A DNA stretch of 64,000 nt from Thecamonas trahens ATCC 50062 (lineage: Eukaryota > Protista > Apusomonadida), in the NCBI RefSeq assembly GCF_000142905.1, contig NW_013657677.1, positions 523,167 to 587,166 on the forward strand, written 5' to 3'. This document shows, piece by piece, positions 1 through 12,174 of this stretch. Every line of letters begins with the position of its first letter. Positions within the stretch are counted from its first letter, which is position 1. A program made the position numbers and the translations under genes. The notes under the pieces were generated by a model. The model made no database searches and had not been told where the DNA came from. It saw nothing but the letters and a program-made list of their open reading frames with translations.

Positions 1-158
1 CCCCCACTCCCACTCCCCTTCCCTCCCCACCTGCTGATCCCCCTCCCCTTCCCCCCTCCCCCCCCTTCTACACTCACCCCCCCCCCCCCCGTCCACCACC
101 ACCCCCCCGCCCACCACCACCACCCACCACCCTACCTCTACCCTTACCCCCCTGCCAG

Positions 159-2176
159 TGCACCCGCAATACGTCCTGGCTGTGGCGCTGGTGCTGTGCC
201 TGGCTGCCGCTCCGTGGTCGGCCCAGGCAGCAAAGGGCTATTTTTCTGCTGCAGACGCAACCGCTCTGCAGTCGTCGGCTGCCGCCGTCCTCACCGACAG
301 CTCGGCCGCTGTGGAGGATGTGGCCGCTGCCGTCAAGGTTCTGACTGCTGTGGGTGCTCAGCTGCCTCACGGCGTCTGTGCCGCCCTCAACAAGGCTGCG
401 GCTGGCGCTCAGAAGCCGGTCCTCGTGGCGGCTGCCGTCAAGGCCCGCGCTGCCGCCAGCTGCACCCCGCTCGCCTCGGACGCTGAACTCGCTCTCCTCA
501 CTGATGCTGCCGATGCGGATAACGCTGTCGATCTGGCAGCGGGCATTGACGGGCTGATGGCGGCGGGCAAGTCGGTGCCAGCCGGTGCCCTTGACGCGCT
601 GCTCGAGTTTGCCGACGAGGACGCCACCTTCCGGGCGGCGGCCGACGACGAGTACGGCTCGATTGCAGTGGCTGGCAAGGTTCTGCCGGTGGTGGCTGCG
701 GCGCTGGACGCCGGCGTCGAGGCCGACGCCGACGCGCTCGACGGCCTGGCCTCGGGCCTCGAGGACCTGATGGCACTCGCCGAGAGCTCGGCTGACGGCC
801 AGCTGCTCTCGTTCTACGACTCGCAGGCGCCGTCTGTGGACCCGCTGGTGACGACCGGTGGCGTGCTCGGCTCGCTGGAGGCGCTCACGGCTGCGCTCAA
901 GACCCCGGTCCCGCTGTCGAAGGCGCAGGTTGCAGCGCTCTCGCGGTATGTGCTGGCGCGCAAGGGCGTGTCGGCTCCGGAGCTCGGTGCGTCGCTCCTC
1001 GACGCGCTTGCCTTTGTGCAGTCCAACTCGGTCGGTCTTCCGCTCGTCATCTCGGTTGTCCGCTCCTCGGTGGAGCTCTCGGCCAAGGGTGCCGAGGCCG
1101 CCGTGGTGGTGGCGGTGACCGATGTCCGCGGCAACGCAGTGACCGGTGCCAGCGTGGTGCTCCAGTCTGCACGCGCGGCGGCTGAGCCGGACACGGTCCT
1201 CTTTGCCAACCAGGAGCTCGAGCCTGCGGCCGGCGTCACCGGTGGCTTTGCCTTTCCGCTCCTGCAGGCTAAGCCTGCACCCGGGTACTACATGCTTGAG
1301 TTTTCTGCGAGCGCCGGCGCCAAGACGCTGCCTGCGACTACGGTGATCGACGCCAAGGTGGTGACCGATGCCGAGGTCAAGACCTGCTCGCTGGCACTGG
1401 TGCAGGACGATGTCGGCGGCTCGGAGAAGGTCAAGTACCCGTGCGCGGCCGGCAAGAAGGTGCCTGACGTCATTGCCGCCGACTCGTTCCACGAGCTCGA
1501 CCTCGCCCTCGCCATCCGCTCGTCAGTCTCCAAGCGCCCGCTCACCCCACACCAGGTCTTCCTCCGGTTTGTCAACGAGGCCACCGGCGTCGACACCGTC
1601 TTTGTGGTGCCGGCCAATGAGGCCGAGACCGGCCACAAGCTGACGGTTGCCTTTGGCGCCGCCGCGCCCGAGTTTGGCTCGCTCTCTGGCCGCTACACCG
1701 CCCAGATCGTCATCGGCGACGCCTTCCTCACCCAGGCCATTGTCTGGGAGCTGGCCACCTTTGACCTGTACTTTGGCGCCGACGCCCCCGTGGCAGCTGC
1801 GGCCTCCTCGGGCGCCCTCCCGGACATTGTCCACCAGTTCCGCCAACCCGAGGCCCGCCCGCCGGCCGCCATCTCGATGGCATTTACCGCCGCCACCCTC
1901 GCACCGCTCCTGGTTCTCGGATTCCTTCTCCTCCGGGCCGGCGCGAACATTGCCAACTTCCCCACCAGCCAGCCGCTCATGATCCACGCCGTGGCCTTCC
2001 ACGCCACCATCGGCGGCATCGTCCTCCTCTACGTCACCTACTGGCTCCAGCTCACCATGTTCCAGACCCTCGGCTACCTCGCCATCCTCGGCACCGCTGC
2101 TCTCTTCTTTGGCAAGGCCCTCCTCTCCAACCACACCGCCTTCCGCCTCACCGGGCCCAAGCTGCACTCTGAGTAA
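159..2176 (+). CDS. RPN2: Oligosaccharyltransferase subunit ribophorin II (RPN2/Swp1); probably the second exon, with the first exon upstream of the window
   Basis: Signal peptide, PHQVFLRF, EIVHQFRQPEARPP-like motif (DIVHQFRQPEARPP) and three C-terminal TM helices. The ORF has no ATG start; ACTCAC at 72-77 and the first downstream AG at 157-158 suggest an intron acceptor. Confidence 0.9.
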
Positions 2177-2336
2177 CATACCACGAGACCTGCTGTCACC
2201 GCCCGTCGCCTGGCTGCCCGTCGCCCCTCCCCCTCCCTCCCTCCCCACACCCCCACACACACCCCTCCCCACACCACACACACCTCCCCACACCACACAC
2301 ACTACACACACACACACCTCACACACACCTCCCTTC

Positions 2337-3425
2337 ATGGCCACCCCCACCCCGTTCGAGCGACTCGCTCTGCACGGGGTGGCCCATGTCCGCGCCGCCG
2401 TCTTTGCCCGCACAACGGCCGCCGCCGCCGCCGCGCCGGCCGCCGCCGCCGCCGCCACAGCCATCCAGGCGGCAGCACGTGGGGCAGCAGTGCGGCGGGA
2501 GGCGAGCGAAGCAGCAGCCGCAGCCGCAGTTATCCAGCGGGCCTGGCGGGCACACCTCGCCCGAGCAGAAGGCGAGGCCGCCGTAGACGCAGCTGCTGCT
2601 GCCCTCGCCGCCGCTTGGTACGCCGCCGCAGCCACAGCCATTCAGCGGGTCTTCCGTGGCTTCATCTCGCGCAAGTATGTGGCGGACATGCAGCGGCGGC
2701 GGGCGTATCTCGATGCGGTGGCGGCGAACAACGCCGTGGTCCGCAAGGAGCTCGACGCCTATGCCGCTGCCTCGGCTGCCGCGGCAGCAGAGGCTGACGC
2801 CGCCGCCATGGCCCACGCCTTTCTCTCGGCCGCTACCTCGGTCCACCACCTCGTCGGCACTGCCGCCATCCCGGGCGTGTTTACCCCTGCCGGTCGCCCG
2901 CCGCCCATCTCGCCGTTTGGTGACACCGTGGAGGAGTCGATCAAGTACGCGTTTGCCCGCCAGATGGCCGCCGCCCCGGCGCCGCGCGCCACCGGCCCGC
3001 CCCGCCCGCCGTCCTCGGTCTCGCCCAACGCCATGTCGTCGCGTGCTGCTACGCGACCGCAGCCGGCGGGGCCGTTCAAGCCGCGCACAAAAGTCTGGCG
3101 CCAGCGCCTCCGTGTGGCACAGCCCTCCACCAAGCGCGCCGACCCCTACGACGCCTCCAAGCACGTCGCCCGCGACGAGGCCCGCCTCTCCAAGCTCCTC
3201 CGCGTCGTGCCCGACGACTTTGTCGCCGTTGTCCCACCTTCCAAGGATCCGCCACTCCCGGTAGGCTCGGTCCGTGCCTCGGATCCCTACGCCCCGCTGA
3301 GGCCCGACAAGATCTTCCGCGCCAACGAGCCTGCCGCAGGCACCCGCCCGCGCTTCCGCGCCACCTTCCGTACCCGTGATCACTTTGGGCAGGATCCCGA
3401 GGACTACGCCAACGTCGTGGTGTGA
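2337..3425 (+). CDS. SPATA17: SPATA17-like IQ-motif (calmodulin-binding) flagellar protein
   Basis: Three IQ motifs (AIQAAARGAAVR, VIQRAWRAHLAR, AIQRVFRGFISRK) and the HHLVGTAAIPGVF motif characteristic of SPATA17. ATG at 2337 follows a CA-rich leader. Confidence 0.7.
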   Translation: MATPTPFERLALHGVAHVRAAVFARTTAAAAAAPAAAAAATAIQAAARGAAVRREASEAAAAAAVIQRAWRAHLARAEGEAAVDAAAAALAAAWYAAAATAIQRVFRGFISRKYVADMQRRRAYLDAVAANNAVVRKELDAYAAASAAAAAEADAAAMAHAFLSAATSVHHLVGTAAIPGVFTPAGRPPPISPFGDTVEESIKYAFARQMAAAPAPRATGPPRPPSSVSPNAMSSRAATRPQPAGPFKPRTKVWRQRLRVAQPSTKRADPYDASKHVARDEARLSKLLRVVPDDFVAVVPPSKDPPLPVGSVRASDPYAPLRPDKIFRANEPAAGTRPRFRATFRTRDHFGQDPEDYANVVV

Positions 3426-3458
3426 GTCAACCCCTGCTTTATCCCGCATCTACCGCTG

Positions 3459-4184
3459 TCACTCGCGCCGACGGACCTCAAAGCTCCCGTCGCTCCGCCC
3501 GATAAAGACCTCGCTGGCAAGGCCGGCAAAGAGCCCGTTGTCGACCACGCCCGGAATGTTGTTGATCTTCGCCTCAAGGCCGGCCACGTCGGCCGCAGCG
3601 ATGACCCCAAAAGCAGCATCGAGCACAAAGTTGCCGTTGTCTGTCACCACCGGCCCGGCCTTGGCCTTGGCCATCCGCAGCACCACGCTTGTGGCGCCTG
3701 CTTTGACCAGGGCAGCCTTGGCAACAACCCACGCGCCCGGCAGGACCTCGATTGGCACCGCCCACTTGGTCCCCAGTGCCCCGGTGTCCTTCGACTCGTC
3801 CACAAGCAGGATGAGCGTCTTGGCGTTGGCCGCCACTAGCTTCTCCTGGGTGTGGGCCGCCCCGCCGCCCTTGATGGCGTTGAGCTCGCCGTCGATCTCG
3901 TCGGCGCCGTCGAAAGCCACATCCAGCTCGGGCGTCTGGTTCAGATCTGAGAGCACCAGGCCAGCCTCCACAATCAGCTGCTGTGACTGGAACGAGGTTG
4001 GCACGCACACCACCGATGTCCACCCGTGCTCCTTGGCCAGCTGGCCCAGCCGCTCGGCCGCAAACACCACCGTCGAGCCAGAGCCTACGCCTACACGCAT
4101 CCCCTCGCCCGCATGGGCTTCGACTGCTGCATAAGCCGCTGCACGCTTTGCCGCATTCACTCCCTCGTTCCCATTGCTGCTCAT
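3459..4184 (-). CDS. RPIA: Ribose-5-phosphate isomerase A
   Basis: GVGSGSTV, DGADE, IKGGG and GPVVTDNGN motifs. Confidence 0.96.
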   Translation of the reverse strand: MSSNGNEGVNAAKRAAAYAAVEAHAGEGMRVGVGSGSTVVFAAERLGQLAKEHGWTSVVCVPTSFQSQQLIVEAGLVLSDLNQTPELDVAFDGADEIDGELNAIKGGGAAHTQEKLVAANAKTLILLVDESKDTGALGTKWAVPIEVLPGAWVVAKAALVKAGATSVVLRMAKAKAGPVVTDNGNFVLDAAFGVIAAADVAGLEAKINNIPGVVDNGLFAGLASEVFIGRSDGSFEVRRRE

Positions 4185-4315
4185 GTCTTGCCTTTGGCTT
4201 GCCTGGCTGGGCGACGTGTGGGCGACAACACGGCGCAATTGCTGATCGCTGGATGTCTCTGTCTCATCCGCAGCCACACACACACACACACAAACACCAG
4301 TTCACAACACATTTA

Positions 4316-7300
4316 TCATCGCAGCCGCGGTGAGACAACAAGGCCACGCGACCGGGTCTGTGTCCGCGATGACATCATCGGCCGGGTCGGGGTGGTGTTC
4401 GCGGCCGGGCCGGTGCGAGCGCCAGCCCCAGGCCGGGTCGGAGTGAGCCCAGCTGCGACCATATCAAAGGTGGCCGAGCCCGCGGGCGTGCGGGTGACGC
4501 CGGCGACGTGGGCAGATTCGGGGATCTTGCGGGTGTCAGGCGCTGGTGCGCCAACGGGCTGCATGCTCGGGAGAGCGCAGACTCGTGCCGCCACCGCCGC
4601 CGCCACCACGGCAACCATGGCCAGCCACACGTACCACCACGAAAAGCCCGAGCCGCCGTGGGCGGCCACCTTGTGGTTCCGCGGCACGTCCCAAGCGTCG
4701 TCGCGCCCGGCTGCCGCCAAGCCTCCAGCCTCTGGGGTCGGCGTCGGCGGCGGTGCGGTGCGGGTCGCCCGCTGCGCATGCGTTGCGTCGACCGAGACGC
4801 CGGCACTGTTGCTCGGCACGTCGATCCGGCCCGAGCCCCGCGACGTCCGCCGCGCTGCCGTCCCGGTTCCGGCCGGATCGTACAGCACCCGCAGCCGCAT
4901 CTCCTGCCCGGTCACTGTCGACACGAGCACGAGCTCGACGTCAGACCACGGGCTGCTCCGTGGCGCGGTGCCGGTCAGCACCACCTGGAGGACCACCACC
5001 GACGACGAGTTTGACGTCGTCGCCACCGCCACCTTGTCGCTCGCTCCGGCCACGCTCACTGCCATCTCGCTTCCCGGGCCAAGAATCTCTACCTCGGCCG
5101 ACGGCGACGACTGCGAGAGTGAGACGCCTGCAGACGGGAAGACCGAGAACGCCGGCGCGTACGCAACCTTGCGCGAGCCGCTCACCTCGCCCACCTTTGC
5201 CACTACCTCCAGCTCGCGCAGCGTCGACGGGAGCAGCAGGTCCGTCACTGCCGGAGAGAGCGGCGTCACCACGCACCCGCGCCCGCTCGCCGACGCCAGC
5301 GCCCAGCCGCGCGGCTCGACGTTACACACTAGCGGCAGCTTGTGATCAAGCCCGCTCCTCTCGCCGAGCGCAAGCGGCCACTCGGCCCCGCCCTTGGCCC
5401 CGCCCCAAACTGTGACCGGGAACAGGTACTCGCGCCGGAGCCCATCGGCCGTCACGCCCACGTTGGTCATCAGCTCCGCGCCGCCGGCCTCGCTGCCCAC
5501 CTCGGCCCGGACCGGCTCCACAACCCACACGTGCGTGTACGTCCGCTCGTGGCCGAGCACCACGTGCACCGTCGTCGTCCCGAGCCCAACGGCGCGCGCA
5601 GCCCCGGTCACAGGATCGACCGCCACCACGCTCGCGTCACCGGAGCTCCACTGCGCCGTCGCCGTGCTCACTGGACCGTCAGCCGCAACCCCGGCCACAA
5701 ACGCTGGCGAGAGTGCAAACTGGATCCGCCCGCCAAGTGCCACTCGCGGCGATGCAGGCGTCACCGCCTCGCCCACAACAACACGCACATGTCCCACCAC
5801 CTCGCTGTTCGACGCCAGCGCGACAGAGACCAGAGCCGCGCCCTGCGACGCCCCGCGGACCGAGAGCGAGCCGTCGTCGGCAACCGTCACGGCCACCCGC
5901 CCCGGATGCGACACGCTCACCGCAAACTCGAGCTTGGCCGCAGGCACCGAGAACTGCCGCCCGAGGTCGTCGAGCACCCGGATCTCGTACCGCCGCACCC
6001 CGCCCATCGGGAGCGCCGCGTCGCCACCTGCACTCGCCTCGCCACTCTCGACGTCCTCGTCAGTCCGCACAATCGCAATGTGGTCAATGGCCGCCACACG
6101 GACGCCCACAAGCACAAACTCGCCGTCAGACGTGTCACGAACGGCCACAAACCCGGTCCCCATCTTGGCGCTGGCATGGACACAGCCCGAGCCGTCGACG
6201 ACCAGCTCGGCGTGCCCGGCCACGCCACTCCCACCGTGCTCCGGAATCATCCGCGGCTCGCTGGCGTCCTCTTCAACCTCATCGGCGTCCTCTCCAACCT
6301 TGCGGATCCGCGCCAACGTCGGCGGCCGCAGCTCGGCCGGCGGTGCACTCACCACCGCAAACTCGAGCGACGATGACCGCAGACCGTCGCGGTTGGTGGC
6401 GATGCATGCCGAGCCGAGTGGGTGGATGACCAGCAGCGGCTCGCACGGCGGCGGCACAACAAGCGATAGCACCGGGAGAACAGTGAGTACCACCGAGTCG
6501 GTGTACGACACCACGCTTGTCTCGCCTCCGCACGCCACATCGGCCTCGTACGTCACCGACACCGTCGCTGTTCCTGGCGACAGCGCCCACGCCATGATCG
6601 AGAGGTCGCCGTTGGCTGACACAGCAGTCGCCTTGGCCTCGTGCTGTGACGCGAGGCCGACCACGCCGGCGCCCGACGTCACCTCCCACCGGAAGCTCGG
6701 CTTCCTCCCTGCAGCAAGGATGGCAAACGTATGCGGCGATTCGCCGCGCGAGCCCTCAACGGCCAGCGCAATTCGCGAGCCGGCCAGCACCACCGCGTTC
6801 GGCACCGCAATCCGCACGCCCGCAAGCTTGCGGACCGTAACCGGGACCGTCGCCGACGCATACACCATCGACGCCTGAGCCGCTGTCTCGTACCCGGTCG
6901 CTGCCACGGTGAGCACCGTTGTCCCCACGTCGAGGCCAACAACCTCGCCAGTCATCGGGTTTGCCACCTGCGCCACACCCGAGTCCCTGATCTTGTGCAC
7001 GTGCTCGACGTGTGCCGACGGCCCGCCAAGGACAAGCACCTGCGCCGACGCCCCGCACACCAGCTCGATGCTGGCAGGCTCGAGCCGGAGCGGTGGGAAG
7101 ACCGAAATGTGATGTGCGCCAGAGCTGAGCTGCACACCTGACGCTGTCGTCACAGTTGCTGTCAACCTCGCCGTTCCGAGCTCGCGCCCGTGGATCTTGT
7201 ACCGCGAGAGGTCCGACGGCGAGAGCGTCACCGCCGTCACTACAGCCTCGTCGTCGATCACCAGCCGCACCTCCATAAACGCCAACTGCGGCGCAGGGAA

Positions 7301-10300
7301 CGCCTTGTGGCCTGGCGCATACACGGTGATCATTGCCTCGACTTCGGATCCGTAGTGCACCATCGACGGGAGCTTCAGCTCGACACTCGCAAGGTCTGCC
7401 ACGGTGACCGGAATAGCCAGCGGCGCACCACCCACGAGGCACGTGTCGCTCGCCACCAGCGTCGTCGTCCCGATCGCCAGCGGAACCAGTGAGACGCCCG
7501 GAACCCCGTGCCCGAGCGGCGTAATCGCCACCGGCTCGGCGCCGCTCGTCTCGGCCAGGCTAAAGCTGACGTGGCCCGAGCCGTGGCGGACAACCACAGA
7601 GTCCTTGTTGTCGGCAGCCGAGAAGAGGACAACCGCAGGCGGATCGACAACCGGCGCCGGGCGGACCTCGAGCTCGACCACGTGCTCCAGACGCGCCCGC
7701 GACGACCACCGCGACCGTGCCACAGCGCCAAGCGTCCGCGTCCGCGCCGCAGAAAGCACCTCAGGTGCGTAGCCCGAGACAGCAACCCGGAGCTCGAGCG
7801 AAGTCGCCTGCTCGCCGACCGAGAGCATGGCAACGCCGTTGCCTGCGTCAAGCGCAGCGCTCGCCGGTGTCGCCGCCCATGTCACAGCTAGCGAGGTGGC
7901 GTTGTCAAACACGGCGCCGTTCTCGGCAAGGACCCGGACTGCCAGCCGAACGTCCTGGTTCGCCTGCAGCGTGTATGACGAGGCCACCGACGAAGTGCCG
8001 ACCGGCGCCCGCACCGAGCTGCACTCGTCGCCGAGCTCGCGCTCGCCAACACTCACGTCGAGGGTGTGCGGCGGGGCGCAGACAAAATCGACGTCGACCG
8101 TTTCGCGCGCCGGCACCGGGTTAGACGCAGACGGTGCGTTGGTGACGGCAAACACAAGCGTTGCGTCCACATGCTGCAAGCACGTGACCCGATACGCGTA
8201 GCCGGCAGAGGCGGAGACCGGCTCGATGCGGATTGCACCTGACGGCTGGCCCGGCGCCAGCAGAGAGACCTTGTGGGTAGACGGCTCAAAGACCCAAGGC
8301 GCAGGGCCGCCGGCAAAGGCAAACGTCCACGAGGTGCCAAGCGCCACCAGCGCGCCTGGCGTGCCTGCTGTCACCGCGGGGTGGCAAAGAGGGCAAGCTC
8401 GGCCATGTGCGGGCCGAATGAGACCTGAAGCGTGGCCGTGCCTTCGCCGAGAGCCCGGACGCGGATGGCGTGGCAGCCGCCGGGCGCGAGTGACGCACCG
8501 CTCGATGTGTCGAGCCGGAAAATGCCCGGGTCGGTGATGCGGAACCGGAACGGGAGAATCGAGCAGGCGGTGAATGCTTCGCCGCGGGCGTCGAGGACTT
8601 GGACTGATACCTCGAGCGCGCTCCCGACCTGGACCTCAACCAGCTGGTCAGGAAAGCCGAGCGCAGCCGGCTCGGCGACGGTAACGTTGGCGGCGACGCC
8701 GTTGAACGGATCAGAGGTGTCGCTGACATACAGCTTGCCGGCGCCAGCACGGGCGTGCGCCTCAATGATACCTGTGGCGGCATCGAGGAGCGAGAACGGC
8801 GGGTGGCCACTCGCGGAAGCCGTCGAAAAGTGGAACACGCCCGAGCCACCCGATGCCGCAAAGGCAAATGTCTGGCCCGGCGGAAGGTGAACAGCGCTGG
8901 GCAAGAGGGCGAGCGGCGGACCGACAACAAACTCGGCCGAGCCGTCGACGGCCCGGGCGGTGAGATCAACGGCTGCGAGAGCCGAAGCCAGATGCGAGGC
9001 AAGCGAGAGCGGACGAGAGAGCCGGACAAGCCGGGCCGTAGCCGAGCCAGGCCCAGACGCGGACTTGGTCATCGCCCACACTGCAGCGCCGTTGGCCGAC
9101 GTGTTGCGCGGCTGGACGAGCTCGCGCGGAAGCTCGACCTCAAAGTGCATGTTGGCAGTCGCCAGCAGCTCGCGGTCGTCCGAGTCGTGGACATGGACGG
9201 CGACCTCGTACCGAGCCTCGTGCACAAGGGTCCACGGCGCGGGCATGGCGAGCGAGCGTGGACTTGTCCGAATAGGCTGCGCGGTGAGGGTGAGATAGTC
9301 CGGAAGCGCGACACGAACAAGGGCATGGACCGAGTTGAGCTCGAGGTCGGCGGCCGAGACGGTGACGGTGGCGACGCCAGGGCGGAGCGCGGTGGCGAGG
9401 CCGGTCGCCGGATCGACGTGGAGCACTTTGGCGTCCGACGACGACCAGGAGTAGCTCGCATCCGGCATGGGTATGCCCACCAGCGGCGCCGACGCCGATG
9501 CCGTGGCGTTGGAAGCCCATGAGGTGGCGCCACGGGTAAAGAGCTTGTACTGGAGTTGGGTGCCAGGGACAAGGCCCACAGGCGTGTACGGCTCGAGGTG
9601 CAGTGGCTCGAGGACGGAAATGTCGGCCGAGGCCGGCTCCACCGACGCCGAGTCCTCACCAGAGAGGCGCAGCGCAACGGTGGCCGTGCCGGTTGCTTCG
9701 CCGCGGAGCACAACCTGGAACGAGTGCAGGCCGCGGTCATGCTCGGCCTCAGCCATGCCGTAGTCTGCGGCGTGAGCCATGGCGAGGACCTTGGGCGCCG
9801 AGACCGACCAGGCGAACCGGAGGCCCGAGAGCGAGTTGAAGACATTGCCCTGGGCGTCAAAGGCCTGCGCTTCGATGACCTCTGCGTCGCCGCGGTACAT
9901 GGTCCGCGACGTGGTGAGGATGGCAAGCGAGGCGATGGTGTCGACAAAGACCTCACAGCGGAGGACCGTGCCGGTGGCGCGGTCAGAGGCAAAGACCCAG
10001 ACCGAGGCCCGCTCGCCGTCGGGCAGCGCATGCGCAGTGAGCACAATCTCGTCAACACAGTCGAGCCCCGTGGCCGGAGCCGATCGAGCCGCGGCAGCCG
10101 GAGCAAAGGCCACCACCTCGGGATTCGACGACTCCCAGGCAAAGCATCCGCCGGAAGCCGAGAGCGAGTGTGTCGCACCATGTGGAAGGAGCAGGTTGAG
10201 CGACGAGATGGAGGCAGCTCCTGCAGGTGAAGCACTGCTCATGCCGACCACCATGGCCAGTGCCATCAGCAGCGGCAGAAGCACCAGCGCAGCTCGCCCA

Positions 10301-10329
10301 GACCAGGCGGTCCTCTGGTTGCGCGCCAT
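4316..10329 (-). CDS. NUP210: Nuclear pore membrane glycoprotein gp210/Nup210, split by a 1-nt frameshift near 8380
   Basis: Signal peptide, LNLLLP, ASGGCFAWESSNP, LRCEVFVDTI, AQAFDAQGNVFNSLSGLRFAW, repeated Ig-like (Big_2) segments, a C-terminal TM and a TP-rich tail. ORFs 8371..10581 and 4316..8374 join if one C is added. Confidence 0.9.
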
Positions 10330-10617
10330 CTGATCCCCGGGTCGCACACCCCGCGTGAGTTGGCGTGCGGCAGAGGGGAAGCGAAAGGGGATGTATGTGT
10401 GTATGGAGGGGGGGGTGGAGGGGTGGAGGGGGGGAGGGGTGAGGTGTATTCGGAATACGCGTACTGGTTGGATGTTGGCGCGCTGTGCTGTGCGAGAAGT
10501 GTGTCTTGGCAGAAGCATAGCATAGCTACGAAGCCAAGGCCGAGGCATGAGGCTATGACGGCTGTGGGACGGCGCGGACATGGTCGCACACCACGGTGAC
10601 TCAGGTCATCAGCAGGT

Positions 10618-11738
10618 TCAATCCTTCTTTTCTCTGGCGTCAGTAGAGCGGTTGGTGGTGCGATGGACAGGGGCACGCCCAGAGCGAGATGATGACTTGG
10701 CCGAGGTAGGGATCGGGGGCGGGCCGGCGAGAGCGTACATGAGCGGCGACCAGCCGAGGCGGGTGCGAAAGTCGAGGGTGAAGCCGGACCGGGCCTTGCA
10801 GCCAAGAAGCAGTGCCGGAGTACGGGCGTAGTAGAAGCGGAAGCGCGGATCGTCGAGATACTTGGGCGTCGGCTCGGAGGATGTGGCGACGGGCGAGGAC
10901 CAGATGCCGGCGAAAAAGGTGACGGTCGCCAGCAGGTGGGCGAGCGGGAGAAAGATGACTGCGATGTGCCAGGCCGGCTCGAGGGTGTGGATAGCCTGCG
11001 CAAGCGGCATGAGAGACATGCCGAGCCATACAAGGAGCTCGCCTACGTAGTGCGGGTAGAGCGCAGCGCCGTAGAGGCCCGATCGCGAGCGGACGTGCCT
11101 GACTCCGGCCTTGACCTGCTTGTGCACCCTCACCATCCGCGCGCCGTCGGCGAGGGTGACCAGGACCATGCCGGTGGCAAAGGTGGCAAGCGAGCAGTAC
11201 TCGATCTCGGCAAACGGGAAGAGGACCGTGCCGACACGGTCCGGAATGCGGTTGGTGTACGCCGGCACAATGCCCATCAGCGTCATAACGCTAGCCTGGG
11301 CGATGACGTAGCTCACCCGCCGCGGCAGCGACTCCCACAGCGCACGATAGCGATCTTGGAGGTGCGCTCGCCGCGACGGCGGCCTCCAAAACTGATAGAA
11401 CATGAGGTGGAACGCCAGCCGCATGGCCCAGATGATCATCATTACCAGCAGCGCCTGCGATCGCAGTGAGAGCGCGTTGTTGGCGAGCATCGTCAGCACC
11501 GTGATCAGCACCAGGCCTAGCGGATACGAGAGATCAAGAAACTGTACGTTTCGAATGGTGTGAGAAAGAGGCGATCTCTCCCTCCCCCCCCCCCCCCCCC
11601 TTACTCGCTCTCGATGCTTACCAGCGTCCGTGATGAGAGGACCGAGACCATGACCAGTACCGACGCGTTAAAGACGAGCGAGGCAACAGCGGTAAAGCCA
11701 ACAAGCATCGAGTCATGCTCAAGATAGACATAGTACAT
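10618..11738 (-). CDS. DUF1295 / steroid 5-alpha-reductase-like membrane protein; exons 11738-11622 and 11541-10618
   Basis: WAMRLAFHL, DRY, SGLY...YPHYVGELLVWLG, FRFYYARTP. An 80-nt GTAAGC..CAG intron restores an in-frame hydrophobic N-terminus. Confidence 0.8.
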
Positions 11739-11748
11739 GATTGGCGAG

Positions 11749-11749
11749 G

Positions 11750-11818
<69 letters not shown>

Positions 11819-11836
11819 GTGTGTGTGTGTGTGTGT
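11749..11836. repeat. (GCGT)n/(GT)n microsatellite
   Basis: Directly visible, immediately upstream of the DUF1295 ATG. Confidence 0.95.
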
Positions 11837-12174
11837 CTGCGAGCGAGAGCTAGGTACTGAGCAGGACTGTGCGCCAACAGCCAAGAACAGAATACAACCA
11901 CAACCTCCTACACTGTCCCCTCACTGCCCTATTCCACGTCGAGCTGTGTAAGCGAGCTGTTGTACCCGAGTGCAAGGCAGAGAAAGGAGTGTCGTGCTGT
12001 GTCTTGTCTCGTCGTGTCGTGTCGTGCCTTCCCCCTCCCTTCCTCCCTCCCCTCCCCTCCCCTCCCCTCCCTCTGCTCAGACTTGAGCTACCCCCTCCCC
12101 CTACCCCCCTCCCCCTACCCCTCCCCACTCCACCCCACCCCACTCCGACCCAACGCTTCGACGTAGTTTTGCAT

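Noticed and set aside
74-1492. Long antisense and alternate-frame ORFs throughout (e.g. 74..1492, 5394..6878, 56582..57763, 61082..62491)
   Set aside because: They are shadows of real genes caused by high GC3 and scarce stop codons; the translations are Arg/Ser/Pro-rich with no motifs.
8371-8373. TGA readthrough or selenocysteine at ORF junctions
   Set aside because: The downstream conserved sequence lies in a different frame, so readthrough would not restore the proteins.
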